Shown here one piece after another: positions 26,225 through 40,380 of a stretch of DNA of 64,000 bases. Positions within the stretch are counted from its first letter, which is position 1; every line of letters begins with the position of its first letter. A program made the translations under genes and the position numbers. The notes under the pieces were generated by a model, which had not been told where the DNA came from, did not search any database, and saw only the letters and a program-made list of their open reading frames with translations. The stretch covers positions 2,666,001 through 2,730,000 of the forward strand of contig JBLDXI010000001.1 in the NCBI GenBank assembly GCA_047495785.1, written 5' to 3'. Source of the DNA: Lepidodermella squamata. Lineage: Eukaryota; Animalia; Gastrotricha.

Positions 26225-27573
26225 ATGCGCTGTTGGGTCGTTAAATTTCTAGTACTCGGCATTTTCTTCAACGCTTTTCTCACCGCAATCGCGTTAATAC
26301 CCCTCTACCTGACAAAGGAATTCGGAGTTCCTTATGCTCGAGGTTTTGATCCGGTAATTTTTTAATTTTTCAATTTTCTGTGAAAATAAGTGCGGATTTA
26401 TTTTAGGCTGATAGTTCGATCGCCTTGTCGCTGAAACCTAACACGGTTTCAAGCAATGCGGCCACGTGGGGTTCTGCTTTTATGGCGGCGGGTGTCATTA
26501 TTCTAGTCGAAGTCATTTTGGCCCTCTGCCGCCAGCGGCGCCTTTTCAAAAGCTCCAGCCATGACGGATCTGAAGCGGCGACGGAGAAATTCTGCAAACA
26601 GGAAGACGCCTCTGGGCCTGAACCGACGACGAAGCAAATTTGGCTGAATACGCTTTTCGTCATTTGGCTGTTGATTGCTCTGCTGATGACCGGTTCCGGT
26701 ATCACTGGAACTGTGACGAATCTTGGCAAGATTTTTGTTGCAAGGTACTATTATATTAAGATCGGAAAATCGGATTTTATTGGAATTAATTATTTTTATT
26801 CAAAAATCGAAAATTAAAATTAAATTTGTTTTATTTTTACTAGACATTTTTTGAATTATTTTTCTTAAATTATTTTATCATAATTTATAATTCTTGATTT
26901 TTTGCTAATTTCTTTAACTAGGCCCCGTCCCTCTTTTATGCATTTTTGCCGCCCCGACTACACCGTGCTCAACACTACTGAATGCAACAAATGCGGCAGC
27001 TATTCAAAGCCCGGCCCACATTGGCCACTGTGCCCAAGTTGTCCGTTCATCGATGGCGAAACCGCCAACGACAAGGTGTGCAACCCTGTTGCATCGATGA
27101 AACCGGGCGATATGTGGAAATCATTCCCATCGGGCCATTCTTCCTACTCCATGTACGCAACTGTCTTCCTCGCCGTCTATCTCTACAGTCGTATGCGCGA
27201 GAGTGAGCTGATATCAAAGTATAAAAAATATTTTTAACATTTTTAAGATGGCTTATGAATTTTCGATTTTAGTTATCTAGTCACCCTGCACCCGCTGGTC
27301 ATTTTCGCAACTCTCCTGTTCGGAATTTTCACTGCTTTGTCCCGTGTTTCAGACCAGCGTCATCATTTGACTGATGTGCTAGCAGGGTCTATTTTGGGCT
27401 CGATCGTTGGTCTGATCATGGGCATCACGCTGGCTTTACCTCTGCTGCAGCGAGTCAAATCTAACAAGTTATTCTACTGCAACGCCGCTAATTGCAGCCG
27501 AAACGGTCATTGTGCCAATCTGAAAAACGACCTTGAATCCACTAATCACGCCGAGAAGAATGAATCGTTCTGA
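26225..27573 (+). CDS. Phospholipid (lipid phosphate) phosphatase, PAP2/PLPP family, 4 coding exons
   Basis: All three catalytic motifs are intact: C1 KIFVAR|PRP, C2 SFPSGHSS, C3 SRVSDQRHHLTD. GFDP|ADSSI follows TM1. Confidence 0.9.
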
Positions 27574-27798
27574 AGCCGATGAAAAAATTCGAAAAATATA
27601 ACCTCAATTTTCTTCCAAAAGATGCTTTGAAATCTGAGACCAAACAATTGTTCTTCTTTGTTTTTTATCAATCAAAAACCGCGCAGATATTATTGCAGTA
27701 TAGGCGTTTTCGTGTTTAGAATTTCAGAAACCTGATGGTGCCGCCCCGTGAGTCATAACGCGAATACAAACTATCAAAGTCTATGTGAGAAGTTCACT

Positions 27799-27864
27799 TT
27801 TATCTTTACTTTTACGAGAATAAAATTGCGAGGTTTATCTTGCGAGGGTTATCTCCTTCGATAA
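27799..27864. promoter_or_regulatory. Cluster of four GATAA/TTATC motifs upstream of MFS copy 4
   Basis: TTATCT x3 and CGATAA within ~65 nt, with TGAGTCA (AP-1-like) at ~27750. Similar clusters occur upstream of other copies. Confidence 0.45.
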
Positions 27865-27918
27865 GAAGACTGTAACCGCGAGCTGAGGTTGTCTAGACTC
27901 TAGACTTTGCACGCTAAT

Positions 27919-29505
27919 ATGGACCACGTGAGTTCTAAAAATTACCAAACCTTCTCCTCGCGGCCGTTTATATCGCTGAAAAACGATCAGATCCCAGCGA
28001 GCTACCGAACTTACCCGAGCAGATGGTACGTTCTATTTCTATACTCAAGCCTTGGAATGGCTTGCAATTTTGTATCGACAACGGTGAGCCCAATCGCCCC
28101 TCTGGCTCAGCAGGCATTCGGCCTCAATCAAACTGATATTAGCCTTCTGCCCAACTGGTTCAATTTTATGCTGATTATTCTCATTTTCCCCTACATGTAT
28201 TTCCTACAAATCAAAGGTAAGATGCGAAATGATCTTTCTCAACTCACATGAACCTTTTTTTCAAGGTCTTAGAATGCCAGTAGTAATGGGTGCATGCTTC
28301 ACTGCTGCTGGGGCGTTTGTGAGATGCTTGAATTCAAGCAACTCCAACCGGATGTTCGACAAGGCTACGCTTCATTTAGGTCAAATTATCAATGGAATCG
28401 GCGCACCTATTCTATGGTTCGCCTGCACGAAGTTGTCCGTTGTTTGGTTCCCACCCAGCGAGAGAATGGTCAGCACTACCATAGCCCTGTTATCGGGACC
28501 TGTCGGCGTCAGTTTAAGCTTCCTAATCGCCCCATACACTGTAGACAGCCTATCGAAAAATTTGGCAGTGAAAAACGGCGGCAATGTTGAAGATTACTAT
28601 GCAGATGCGATTCGTCAGCTTTTCTACGGGGTTGCGTTGTTATGCATTGTGTTATGCACGATGACTGTAGTCTACTTCCCATCTGCCCCTCCTACACCTC
28701 CGAGTTACACTTCTACAACAAAGCGGCATAACTTCATTCAGGGTTTCAAACAGTTCGGGAAAAGTCTGGACGCTTGGCTTATCTTAATTCTCAGCAGCGT
28801 TACAGGAGCCGTCTTGGGTATGTAATATGCCATCATGGATATAACGTTAATCGAAGTTTTACAGCCGGCTGGACTCTTTTTCTCTCAATCACCCTGAACA
28901 ACATCCTTGACAATGTGCAAGCGGGTTGGCTCGGGTTTGCTATGACTGTTACTTCTTTATTTTCTGGACCGGTAAGTCCTAAGAAAGGAGTGAGAAGCTC
29001 TCTTGCATTTGCTTCTTTCCTGAAGATCACGACTTTCACATCGCAGTGGTGGATTCACCGCTGCCCTCGAATCATTTGCGCTTGGATACTCGCAGTTGGA
29101 GCGGCTTGTACAGTTCTTTTCCTTATTGCTTCCGTCTTCATTCACTCATGGCTAACTGCGCCATTTTGCTGGGCAGTTCTGGTTACAACATCATTTTTCG
29201 TATCTGCAAATCAGCCAGTTTGGTGGGAAATGGCCTGTGAAGCGGTATATCCCGTTCCTGAGGAGATAGTTGCAGGGTGTTTTGCGCTCGGCTCAACATT
29301 AGTGTCTTCAACTTTTCTGATACTCAACGCGATTCCGTCGCTTGGCGCCGAATGGATCAATTGGTGCTTGGCAATTAGCGAGTGCCTCTGTGTTCCGATA
29401 ATTTTCTTCTACAGCGGAGCACGAAGACGTTTCGCTGATGATCAACTCGCCACTGCCAGATTGTTGCCTTCCGGGTCGTTGCGAGAAGAGCAGTCTCAAG
29501 CATGA
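27919..29505 (+). CDS. SLC49A4/DIRC2-like MFS transporter, copy 4 (introns 28217-28265, 28818-28864, 28972-29025)
   Basis: YPSRWYVL, WFPPSER, FPSAPPTPPS, QPVWWEMACEAVYPVPE. Confidence 0.9.
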
Positions 29506-29922
29506 AATTCTCCTGATGAGACATTGTTTAGAATCTGTGATAAAGCATTTTATCTAATAAACTTCCGCGTAGAATATGCAATATCCGCCTCCGATTTGGC
29601 CGTGAATAATGACGCTGACATGTTCTTCTCGGGTCTGCAGATGTTGACCATAAACGGTTCCAAGTCACGCTAAAAAATCGAGTTTATCAGTCATGCTAAT
29701 ACATTAGTTTGATAATGTACGGTAACAAAAAAAATGTGTTGGACTCTCTGTAGAACAGCTGCTTTTACCCAGAGGTATTGATTATACAGGGTAAAACTTC
29801 TCTCTCATTGCTACAGAAGATTAACTTCCTAGCATCTCTTTAAAATTCAGAGCACAATTACTAGGAATGGGGATATACTAGAATAGTGAAAGCGCCACTA
29901 TAGTTTCATAACTGCTTAGCTG

Positions 29923-31646
29923 ATGGAAGCTCTGAAAGCAACAAGGAACTCAATAGACGATGTAGTCGATTCAGAGCATTCAGGCCACTACAGGGTCTAT
30001 CGTCGAAGATGGTAACGAGCAGCTTTGAGATACGAAGTGTTATATGTGTATTGTTTATCCAAAGGTACGTGCTATTCGTCTTTTCAGCCCTTGGAACGGT
30101 GCAGAACATGACATTCAGCACCTTCAGCCCCATTTCGCAATTCACTGAGAAGGCACTCGGATTTGAACGATGGGAGATCGCGTTACTGGCTAATTGGAGC
30201 AATATTACTTTCTTGCTTGCGATTTTCCCTCACATGTGGCTCGTTCAGACCAAAGGTACAGATTCTATCAGCTACGCGATGATTTTTTCAGATTCATTTC
30301 TTTCCAGGACTTCGATTCCCGGTATTGATGAGTGCTGGACTGGTGGTCAGTATAATATTTTCCAACTATCCTTGCTCGTTGCTTTTACAGTTCCCGTTAA
30401 CAGGCCCTTGGATCCTTAATTCGATGCGTCAGCACCGGAGACTACAATTACCCAAGTCCTTTTTTCGATCGAGTGATGCTTCATCTCGGCCAAGCCTTGA
30501 ATGGCTTCGCTGCGCCTGTCCTTGGTTTCGCCTGCACGAAAATTTCAGCGGTGTGGTTTCCACCTTCGGAGCGAGCGATGAGCACGTCGATAGGATTAGT
30601 GGCTGGAAGCCTAGGCACTGCTATCAGCTTTGTAATTGGCCCGTACGCCATCACAGGATTGGCTACAAAGTGGTCAGGCGGGTTGAAACCCTTGCCGGAT
30701 GAATTGGCGGCAGCAATTTATTATTTGCTGTACGCCGAATTCATCGCATGTGTGATTTTATTTGCAATGACTTTAGCCTACTTCCCGTCAGAGCCGCCAA
30801 CACCACCGTGTTACACTGCAAGATGTGCCAGACTCGCATTTGGCAAAGGAATCGTTGAATTTGTGAAAACTAGGGATGCATGGGTTATTTTGGTTCTATA
30901 CAGCGTTTCCAGCGGAATTTTTTGTAAGCTATGGTAATTTTCGCATTATTGCTCTTGAATCTTCTTTTACTAAACCTTAAAGATGGTTGGACACAATTTC
31001 TCTCCATAAACCTCAAAGGAGTTATGGGGTCGATTGAGGCAGGGTGGCTCGGCTTCACACTAACGATCGCTTCAATCATATCCGGGCCGGTACTGCCATT
31101 CTTAAATTAATTTGGATTGTTATTACAGATTTAATTCTTCAGGCCACATCGGCAACGTCCAACTATTGGCTATATGGTCGTTTTCCAAAGCTAATTTGTG
31201 CCGGACTGTTGTTCATTGGTGCGGTTCCGGTGACAGTTTTCTTAGTTGCTAACCTCATGCCATCGATGCTCACGCCAGCAATATCTTGGATAACTTTAAT
31301 ACCCGGTGCATTTTTCACGAGTGCTTGTCAGCCAATCTGGTGGGAGATGGCCTGTGAAGCCGTTTATCCGGTACCAGAAGAAATAGTAGCCGGAATATTC
31401 TCTTTAGGAAATACTGTGATAACACTGGTATTTTTTGCTGTGTATTCGTTCCCGTCGCTAGGGACGTCATGGGCAACGTGGTGTTTAGCCATCAGTCAAA
31501 TTATTTGCGTACCATTAATATTTCTATACAGCGGAGCAACACGTCGCCTTGCCGAGGATAATGCTGGTAAATGTATTTTAGACGACGAACCTAGCGATTT
31601 TACTCCGGACAAAGAACAGGAGACGTCAGCGAGCATCGCCCATTAG
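29923..31646 (+). CDS. SLC49A4/DIRC2-like MFS transporter, copy 5 (5 introns)
   Basis: ATG at 29923 (MEALK...VYRRRW|YVL). HLGQALNG, WFPPSER, FPSEPPTPP, QPIWWEMACEAVYP. Introns start at 30012, 30256, 30346, 30924, 31090. Confidence 0.9.
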
Positions 31647-32075
31647 GTTCTTAATATTAAGTTATGAATTCACACGTCCTCTTAATTTTTCCTAAACTTG
31701 CAATAAAAGATATTGTCCGTGGTTCCGAGTTTGCATTACGTTGTTTTATATCAGAGTACTCCCTTTCGGTCCGTAATATGCATTGATTTTCCGACGTATT
31801 AACCCTGAAATTCTTTTTGGAGTGTCTGGAGATGATGAATGATTGACACGCTATTTCACAGCACAGAAGGAACACGACAAGAGATCAACAGCTTTCTAAT
31901 GTATTTTGTCATTTCTCTTCGTCCGAGGAGGATTCTATAGGGAGTTATGGATAGGTGTCGGAAAAGAGGACAGTGCCAGTCTGCATTAATAATACGAAAA
32001 ATCTTTGTGGGTACGCGAGTTGCAAATTAGATATATGTCCATAACATTAAGAGATTACTCTAAAATATTAAAAAA

Positions 32076-33656
32076 ATGGTCGATCGTGGAATGGAGGCGA
32101 GTAATTGCTACGAAACTTATAGCTCCAGATGGTATTAATCCTTATCTGCTATAATTATGTTTATTAATATTTGTCCCGACTACAGGTATGTCTTAGCTGT
32201 CTTCGCCATTCTCGGCATTGCCAACAATATGGTATCTACAACGTTCAGCCCTATTGCAAATCTTGCCGAAGAAGGACTCAACATGACTCAGACCGAAATT
32301 AGCATGTTGGCAAATTGGTACAATGTCATGTTCATAGTAAGCGTCTTTCCCTATATGTGGCTCCTCCAAATTAGAGGTTAGAATTGTATCCTCTTATTGA
32401 CTTTTTGGCTTAACCTTCATACCCTTTGAATAAGGTCTTCGAACACCCATCGTAAGCGCAGCCATTTTCATGGCTATAGGCAGCTTCATCCGATGCATTA
32501 ACACTAGCGGTCAAAATGTGGCACTCGACCGAGCGTTGCTGCACATCGGGCAAGCTGTCAATGGTATAGCTTCCTCCGTCTTATGGTTCGCTTGTACTAA
32601 AATATCCGCTGTCTGGTTTCCTCCTCATGAGCGAGCCCTGAGCACTGCTGTTGGGATGCTGTGTGGTGAACTCGGCATATCTGTTAGCTTCCTTGTCGGG
32701 CCGATAACTGTCAAAAGTTTAGCCGAGCGATGGACTACCGATGAAGAAAATGACGCAGTCAGTAAGCACTACGGACAGGCTATATCTTACCTGCTGTTTG
32801 CGGAAAGTGTCGTTTGCTTCCTCCTATGTGCAGTTGTAGTAATTTACTTCCCATCTGAACCACCTTCACCACCAAGCTTCACTGCTAAAACTGAAAGGCT
32901 CGACTTTGCTAACGGCCTCTCTCATTTCGTCAAAAATCGCGATGCCTGGGTGATTTTTGTTTTATTCAGCGTTTCATCTGCTGCATTTGGTAAGAAATGC
33001 CGCCCAAATATTGCAAAAGATTAAGCTATATCTTTTTGATAGCTGGTTGGACTCAGTTTCTTGCAATAACAATGAAAGGTATTATTGATGACGTCGAAGC
33101 TGGCTGGCTTGGATTCACGATGACGATAGCTTGCGTTGTATCTGGTCCAATATTTTCATTCACTGCCTATCGCTGGATAGAATCTCGGCATAACAAAGTT
33201 GTATGCGCCGGAATCCTCTTAACTGGTGCATCTATGACTGTCATTTTCCTAATTGCAAACGTATTCGTGAAATCTATGCTTTCTTCGGCACTCTGTTGGT
33301 CTACACTGATCATCGGCGTATTTTTCGTCAGCGCTTGTCAGCCTCTTTGGTGGGAAATGGCCTGCGAGGCTGCATATCCGATATCGGAACAAACCGTTGC
33401 TGGAATTTTCGCATTGGGTGGTACGAGTATAAGTCTGGTCATTTTTTCCATCTTCGCTATCCCATCGGCGGGGACTGAGTGGTCGACTTGGTTTCTGGCG
33501 ATTTCTGAGACAGCATGCGTTCCTTTGATATTTCTCTACTCTGGTAAGTGCCGGCGAACAGCAGAGGATCGCTGGGCCCGAATGCACTTGGCTGAGACCC
33601 AGCACAGTGCGGAGTGCGTGAGCCTCCTTGAAACAACCGATCTCAATTCGGAATGA
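32076..33656 (+). CDS. SLC49A4/DIRC2-like MFS transporter, copy 6 (3 introns)
   Basis: MVDRG...YSSRW|YVL, WFPPHER, FPSEPPSPPS, QPLWWEMACEAAYP. Confidence 0.9.
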
Positions 33657-33949
33657 ATCAGGCTAAATGTAACCTGTCATTGGTCCTTTTTTCTTTTCGC
33701 TTTTCTCGTGAATTAGCTATAAAGAAATAAATGAAGTAACTTCATGCGAACAGACAGTGGTATTCAACATTTTTATCGCAGCATAACCATACTTCGAAAA
33801 GTAAACATGAAAATGACAGAAAGCATTGATCGCGTTTAACATACGTAAAATTGTTTGCTCGAGCGCGTTTTGTGCTTACAGTGGATCATTAATTTGTTAG
33901 AAATTGTTTTAATCAGCCGCTAGTTTTTTGTGAAAAAGCCCAGTTGAAC

Positions 33950-35715
33950 ATGAAGATGGCCGATTACGATGAGGAAACACTCTATCTAGCGACAAGCAGG
34001 GATGAACGTTACAAGTCGTACCCAGCAAGATGGTTTAATTTTTTTCAATAATTTCTCCACTTCAAAATATAATAACCTCTATCAACCTTTCTAATCAGGT
34101 ATGTTCTCACCGTCTATGTGATATTGGGGATAGCCAACAACCTGATCTATTCCACATTCACTTCAATCGCTGAATACGCTGAGAGAGGCTTAAATATACA
34201 CCAGACTGAACACAGCTTGATTAGTAACTGGTACAACATCGGCTTCCTTGTCGGCGTCTTTCCCTATATGCGTCTGCTACAAATACGAGGTAAAGGGCTG
34301 TTGTCTCAATTAACTCAAGTTATAATCATGGCTGTCATTATTTTGTTAGGCATTCGGCCTGCTGTAATTTCTGGAGCTGCTTTTGTTGTAAATTTTCATG
34401 TTTTTCGTTCAAACCAGAGTAATATTCTCATCAATCTAAGGCATCTGGAGCTGTCATTCGATCTATAAACACAAACGGGAAAATTTTGATTTTTGACAGC
34501 GCAATGCTTCATCTTGGGCATGCTATCAACGGCCTTGCAGCATCGATTTTCGCTTTCGCTTGCACCAAAATATCCGCTGTTTGGTTCCCACCTTCGGAAC
34601 GTCCCTTAAGCACTGCGTTAGGCCTGGTTTCTGGTAATACGGGAATAGCGCTGAGCTTTGTGATAGGCCCCTACGCCATACGAGCGTGGGTTGAGGGAAC
34701 TGCGAAGAACCAAGAGGCATACGCCACAGCAATATATTACCTAATGTATGCTGAAGGCGTTGCCTGTTTGCTGCTGTTCGCCTTGACAATTGTATATTTC
34801 CCCAATGAGCCGCCATCGCCACCCAGTTACACAGCATCGAGTGATCGCTACTCATTCTTTGCCGGGCTTCTGGAATTCAGCAAGTCGAAAAATGCCTGGG
34901 TATTGCTTGCCATCTACAGTTTATCCTCCACAGCATTCTGTGAGTTTTATTTCTTTGGCCACAAAACTATACGAAAATTGATGTTCAGCATCTTGGACGC
35001 AGTTTATTGCAATAACGATGAAGGGGAAATTATCACCGGTGGAGGCAGGATGGTTAGGTTTGTTTGAATCTCGTGTTGCCCTCTACAAATTCGTACATCT
35101 CCATATTCCACAGGTTTCGCTCTTGTCAACGCAATGACTTTGTCAGGGCCGGTAAGTTGATGAGTGTTACCTTGAATAGTGTGTTCCCGTGTGATTAACT
35201 AGATTTTCTCGATAAAAGCTGATCGTTGGATGGAGTCTTACGCAAAAATAGTAAGCGTCTTGACACTATTGGCAGGGGCTTTGATGGTGTCCCTCATGTT
35301 AAGCGGCGAAGTGCTAAATATTGCCCAATTAAGCAGTCGCGAATTCATTTGGATTTCACTAAATATCGGCGCGTTTCTCGTTTGCGCGTGTCAACCTATT
35401 TGGTGGGAAATGGCCTGCGAGGCAGTTTATCCTGTGCCTGAAGAAATTGTTGCTGGAATTTTCGCTCTCGGAAGCACTATCATAGCCGTAATTTTTGCGG
35501 CCGTTTTCGGCATTACATCTCTCGGCACTCAATGGACAACGTGGTTTTTGTTAATCAGCATACTTTGCTGCGTGCCATTGGTTTACCTGTATAATGGTTC
35601 GTATCGGAGAACAGCGGAGGATCGAGCTAATGAGCATCTCGATGCAGAATCCCCCAAAGAGAATAAAAATAACGCATCTGATGAGTTGGAACAGCTTATT
35701 GAAAATGTGGAATGA
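33950..35715 (+). CDS. SLC49A4/DIRC2-like MFS transporter, copy 7 (6 introns)
   Basis: MKMADY...YPARW|YVL, WFPPSERP, FPNEPPSPPS, QPIWWEMACEAVYP. Confidence 0.9.
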
Positions 35716-36216
35716 AAAATCCGTTTGAACTGTATTCCCCTTGTCATTCTTTAAATTTTTCAATAATTATGATGATATGAGCTAATTTAAAGTTTGAAAT
35801 GGTTAATTTCAATAAAATCGTGGAAGTGCTAAAAACCGTTGAAATCGTTGGGAAATTGCGAGCCCCTTTAAGTGGATGCTTCAGACTCCGAAGCAACATG
35901 AATTTCCTTAGACTATCCGGTCATCCAATAATATTCACACTCGTTAAGCATTTAGTCTTTAGTCAAGTCGTCAGCACTTAAAGGAGCCTACTCGCATAAT
36001 AGCATTGCAGCGCCGCCAGACTCGGACTCAGCCATCAGGCTTGAGTCGCAGCCTCCAAAAAGTAAACACAGAAAGGGAAATTCATTGATCCATACTACGA
36101 TGCTTTACACGACTCCTCTTTCTTCATCATTTTGGAGATGCTTTAGTAAGCTCGTCCAATCTTGAATTTTCTGCTCGGAAATCTAAAATTTTAAGCGAAA
36201 ACATACACGCTGCATC

Positions 36217-37906
36217 ATGTCAGAATTAGCTATTGGTGATGAATGCGTATTTTCAGAAAACATATCCAGCGATGGAGGACAATACAGATCATATGCAACG
36301 CGATGGTCAGATATTTTCTATAGCTCAGCCTGTCATAATTTTTCCTCTAACTCGCACAGGTACATCCTCGCTCTCTTCTCAACATTGGGTATAGCGAACA
36401 ATCTAGTATACAGCACGTTTACTTCAATCGCTGAACACGCGGAGAAGGGTTATAACATGAAACAAACTGAGCAGAGTTTGGTTAGCAACTGGTATAACAT
36501 TGGTTTTTTCATCGGAGTATTTCCGTACGTGTGGCTTTTGCAAAGAAGAGGTAAAATTGAGCCCTGCTTTCTCTGATACAAAGCTTGCATTTATATATGT
36601 CATATCTAGGAATCCGTCCGGCAGTTGTTTCAGGGGCTGCTTTTGTGGTATGCTAACTTTTTATGACCAATTGTCTTAAAAGTGTTCGAATTTAAACAGG
36701 CTTCGGGAGCCGTCATCCGATCAATCAATACAGGAGGCTCGAACGAGATTTTCGACAACACAATGCTCCATCTAGGCCATGCAATTAACGGCTTGGCAGC
36801 TTCGGTCTACTGGTTTGCCTGTACCAAAATATCAGCTGTATGGTTTCCTCGCTCAGAGCGGCCATTGAGCACTTCTATTGGGTTGGCAACTGGAAACTAC
36901 GGCATAGCATTAAGCTTCGTGATAGGTCCCTACGCCGTGGATGCCTGGGTGGCCGGAACTTTGAAAGATCAAGCGGCTTACGCAACGGCGATTCATTACC
37001 TCTTGTATGTCGAAAGTATAGTATGCGTCCTACTGTTCGCTCTGGTCGTTTTGTATTATCCAAATGAGCCCCCAACGCCACCCAGCTACACGGCCTCGGC
37101 AGTACGTTACACGTTTTGGCAAGGTCTAGTCGCAATCACCCGATCCAAAAACGCTTGGGTCATGCTGATTGTTTACAGCTTCACCGCAACAGCATTCTGT
37201 AAGATATAGCCACATAACTTTTTATTGCAGCAATCACGTTGTTAATCATAGCTTCTTGGACTCAGTTCATAGCTATCACCATGAAGGACAGATTATCGGC
37301 CGTAGAGGCTGGTTGGCTCGGATTTGCTCTTATCAACGCCATGAATATTGCTGGACCGGTACGTCTTTTCCCTTGCTGAATTTGAAATTAATCGTGGGAA
37401 TATCTCGACAGGTATTCTCAATATGCGCAGATCGATGGATTGAGTCTTACGGAAAACTAGTGAGCGCTACGACACTTTTCATCGGTGGGGCGATGATTTC
37501 TTTGTTACTTATTGGGGATGTTTTTGACATCCCTTTCATGATCTCCAGTGAACTCTGCTGGATTTCCCTTGTCAGTGGTGCTTTCTTCGTTTGCGCTTGT
37601 CAGCCAATTTGGTGGGAAATGGCCTGCGAGGCAGTTTATCCCGTTTCTGAGGAAATTGTTGCGGGAACTTTCGCCCTTGGAGCTACCGTTGTTGCGATGG
37701 CCTTCGCTGCTGTTTTTGCAATTCCATCGTTTGGTACTCAATGGACAACGTGGTTCCTGGTTATTAGCGTCTTCGTTTGTGTGCCTTTGGTATATCTCTA
37801 CACTGGAACATGTCGAAGAACAGCGGAAGATCGGGCAAAAGAAAAATCCAAGCCATCGGACGGCGGGTCTGATGAGCTTGACAGCTTTTTCGACGATAGC
37901 CTCTAA
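36217..37906 (+). CDS. SLC49A4/DIRC2-like MFS transporter, copy 8 (5 introns; closest to copy 7)
   Basis: YATRW|YIL, WFPRSERP, YPNEPPTPPS, QPIWWEMACEAVYP. Confidence 0.9.
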
Positions 37907-38270
37907 TCTTCAGCTTTTAGCTGCTCAAATCTTTGATTCTTTACTCAATCACAAAATTGTCGCTAGCTATCAATTTCGGATTGCTAGTGATAGAACGTTG
38001 ACTGAAGCAAATGTTGTCCCAGTGATGCGACCTGTCAGTACCTTACTCGTAGCTCGTAGGTTTATTCTAAATTGGAAAACACCCAACCATAAGATTGCTG
38101 TCAGCATGCCAAACACCTTTTGGCTATTGCATCTCCTGAGAAAAATATTCCACACCCCATTTCCGACTTTATACTTTCCTCTTACTGTTTCGCGAGATAA
38201 AACGTGCTTAAAAGTCAGGCAATTCATTTTTTTTAAATTAGATCGAAAATAATTTTTCACAAGTGGTGTT

Positions 38271-39941
38271 ATGGAAGATAATGAAGATAAGGAGCAGATT
38301 CTTTCACTTGTTGAATCCGATGAAGAGAAAAAAGCATACAAGTCATACCCGGCAAGATGGTATTTAGACGAAGCTAATTGACAATCCCATTTAGAGTTAA
38401 ATTTTACATTTACAGGTATGTTCTAATGGTATATTCTCTGGTAGGAATGGCTAACAACCTGGTTTTTGCAACCTTCAGCACAATCGCGCACTTCGCTGAA
38501 ATCGGTCTTAATATGACTAAGTCGGAAATTAGTGCATTAAGTAATTGGTTCAACGTCATGTTCCTAATTGGAGTAGTCCCTTACTTATGGCTTCTCCACA
38601 ACAAAGGTACTTTTTGATCGCTATGAATGCGAAAATTTTATTGCAAGCCTATTCTAATCAGGTCTCCGGCCATCTATACTCCTCGCATCAGCTTTCATCG
38701 TAAGATTAACATTCAGTCGACTGAACATAGAAAATATTATCTCCAACATCAGGCTGTTGGTGCTGCTACTCGATGCATCCATAGTAACGGAAGAAATCCT
38801 TTGTTCGATACGATTATGGTGCATTTAGGCACGGCTATCAATGGTATGGCATCACCTGTTTTATGGTTCGCCAGCACCAAAATATCTGCTGTGTGGTTTC
38901 CTCCCAAGCAACGTGCTTTTAGCACCTCAATAGGGATGACAGCCAGTTATTTCGGGGTCGCATTAGCTTTCGTCATTGGTCCATATGCTGTAACTGCATT
39001 ATTGCAACATTCATCAGCAAAGGACCCACAAGACCACGCAGGAGCGATACATCAGCTTTTGTACGTTGAGGCCCTCGCTTGTTTGGCCTTACTCGCCGTA
39101 GTTGCAGCTTATTTCCCATCCGCCCCGCCAACGCCCCCGAGCTATACAGCTTCGTGTGATCGCAAGGGCGTCTTCGAAGGTTTCGCAACGTTTGCGAAAT
39201 CCAAAGACGCATGGGTAATTTTTATTTTGAGCAGCGTAGGTCCCGTCGCAATATGTGAGCCAAGTTGATAAGTTATAAGAAGCTTACTACAAATTGATTA
39301 TTTATTTTTAGTTGCTTGGACTAATTTCCTTGCGATAACGATGAAAGATTCAATGTCGGAAATTGAGATTGGATGGCTTGGATTTTCTCTGACTATTGCC
39401 ATGGCTATTTCAGGACCGGTTAGTTAACTTTACTCTTGATCAGAAGTAAACTAATTACTCTGAGCAGATTTTCTCCCTAGGAGCGCATAAGTGGATGGAA
39501 TCTCATGCAAAAATAGTCACAGTGACAAGCATGGCTATGGGTGCTAACATGGCAGCTGTGTTCCTCGTTGCCCACACTTACTTCCACGAGGCAATTAGTC
39601 CGACAATTATTTGGTTATCTCTGATCAGTTGTTCATTTCTTGTTTACTCTTGCCAACCACTTTGGTGGGAAATGGCATGCGAGGCAGTTTACCCGGTATC
39701 CGAGGAAACAGTCGCAAGCATTTTATCGGTGGGAACTATTGTTTTCTCAATGATATTTTTCTTTGCTTATGGTATACCTTGCGTCGGAACTGAATGGACT
39801 TCCTGGTCGCTGGTGATTTGCGAATACGCCTGTGTTCCATTGATCTTTCTGTACCGCGGAACCCATCGCAGGTTGGCAGAAGATCGAACGAATGATAATT
39901 CAAATGGTGGATACACCCAGGTTCTGAATAAAGAGGGCTAA
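38271..39941 (+). CDS. SLC49A4/DIRC2-like MFS transporter, copy 9 (5 introns)
   Basis: MEDNEDKEQIL...YPARW|YVL, WFPPKQR, FPSAPPTPPS, QPLWWEMACEAVYP. Confidence 0.9.
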
Positions 39942-40380
39942 ATATTTGTCAATGGCTTAAGCTGCTATTCGTACATTCATTGCTGGAAATTCCAATGAAG
40001 TATAGGTATAACTCAGTGGAATTCAAAAAGCTCACGGGAGTGAAGTAGAGTGCGAGGTCAGCTTTTATGCTCAAGCCAATTCTAACTGCTTCAGACTTGC
40101 TCTAGATGTATTTTCCCAATGATCTTTTGCTCTACAGGTCCTGGTAATTCAGAACATTTCGGTGGCTAGTGCATTCTATCATGAGCGGTATTGAAGATTT
40201 TATCAGTCGTCTCTCCAAAACACTATCAAGGACACGCTGTGAAATGATAAGAGACATAAGCCATTCCCTTAATCTTGGTAGAGGAGTGGAAAGGGACTTC
40301 TTCTACTTAGGGCGTCACCAGCAAAGATAATCACGTATTAGTCTCTTCGATTCCGATTGGTATTTTTGGCTGATAAAATT

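Noticed and set aside
37548-38252. 234-aa alternative-frame ORF overlapping copy 8
   Set aside because: Non-ATG start, shadow frame running into intergenic DNA, no protein-like features.
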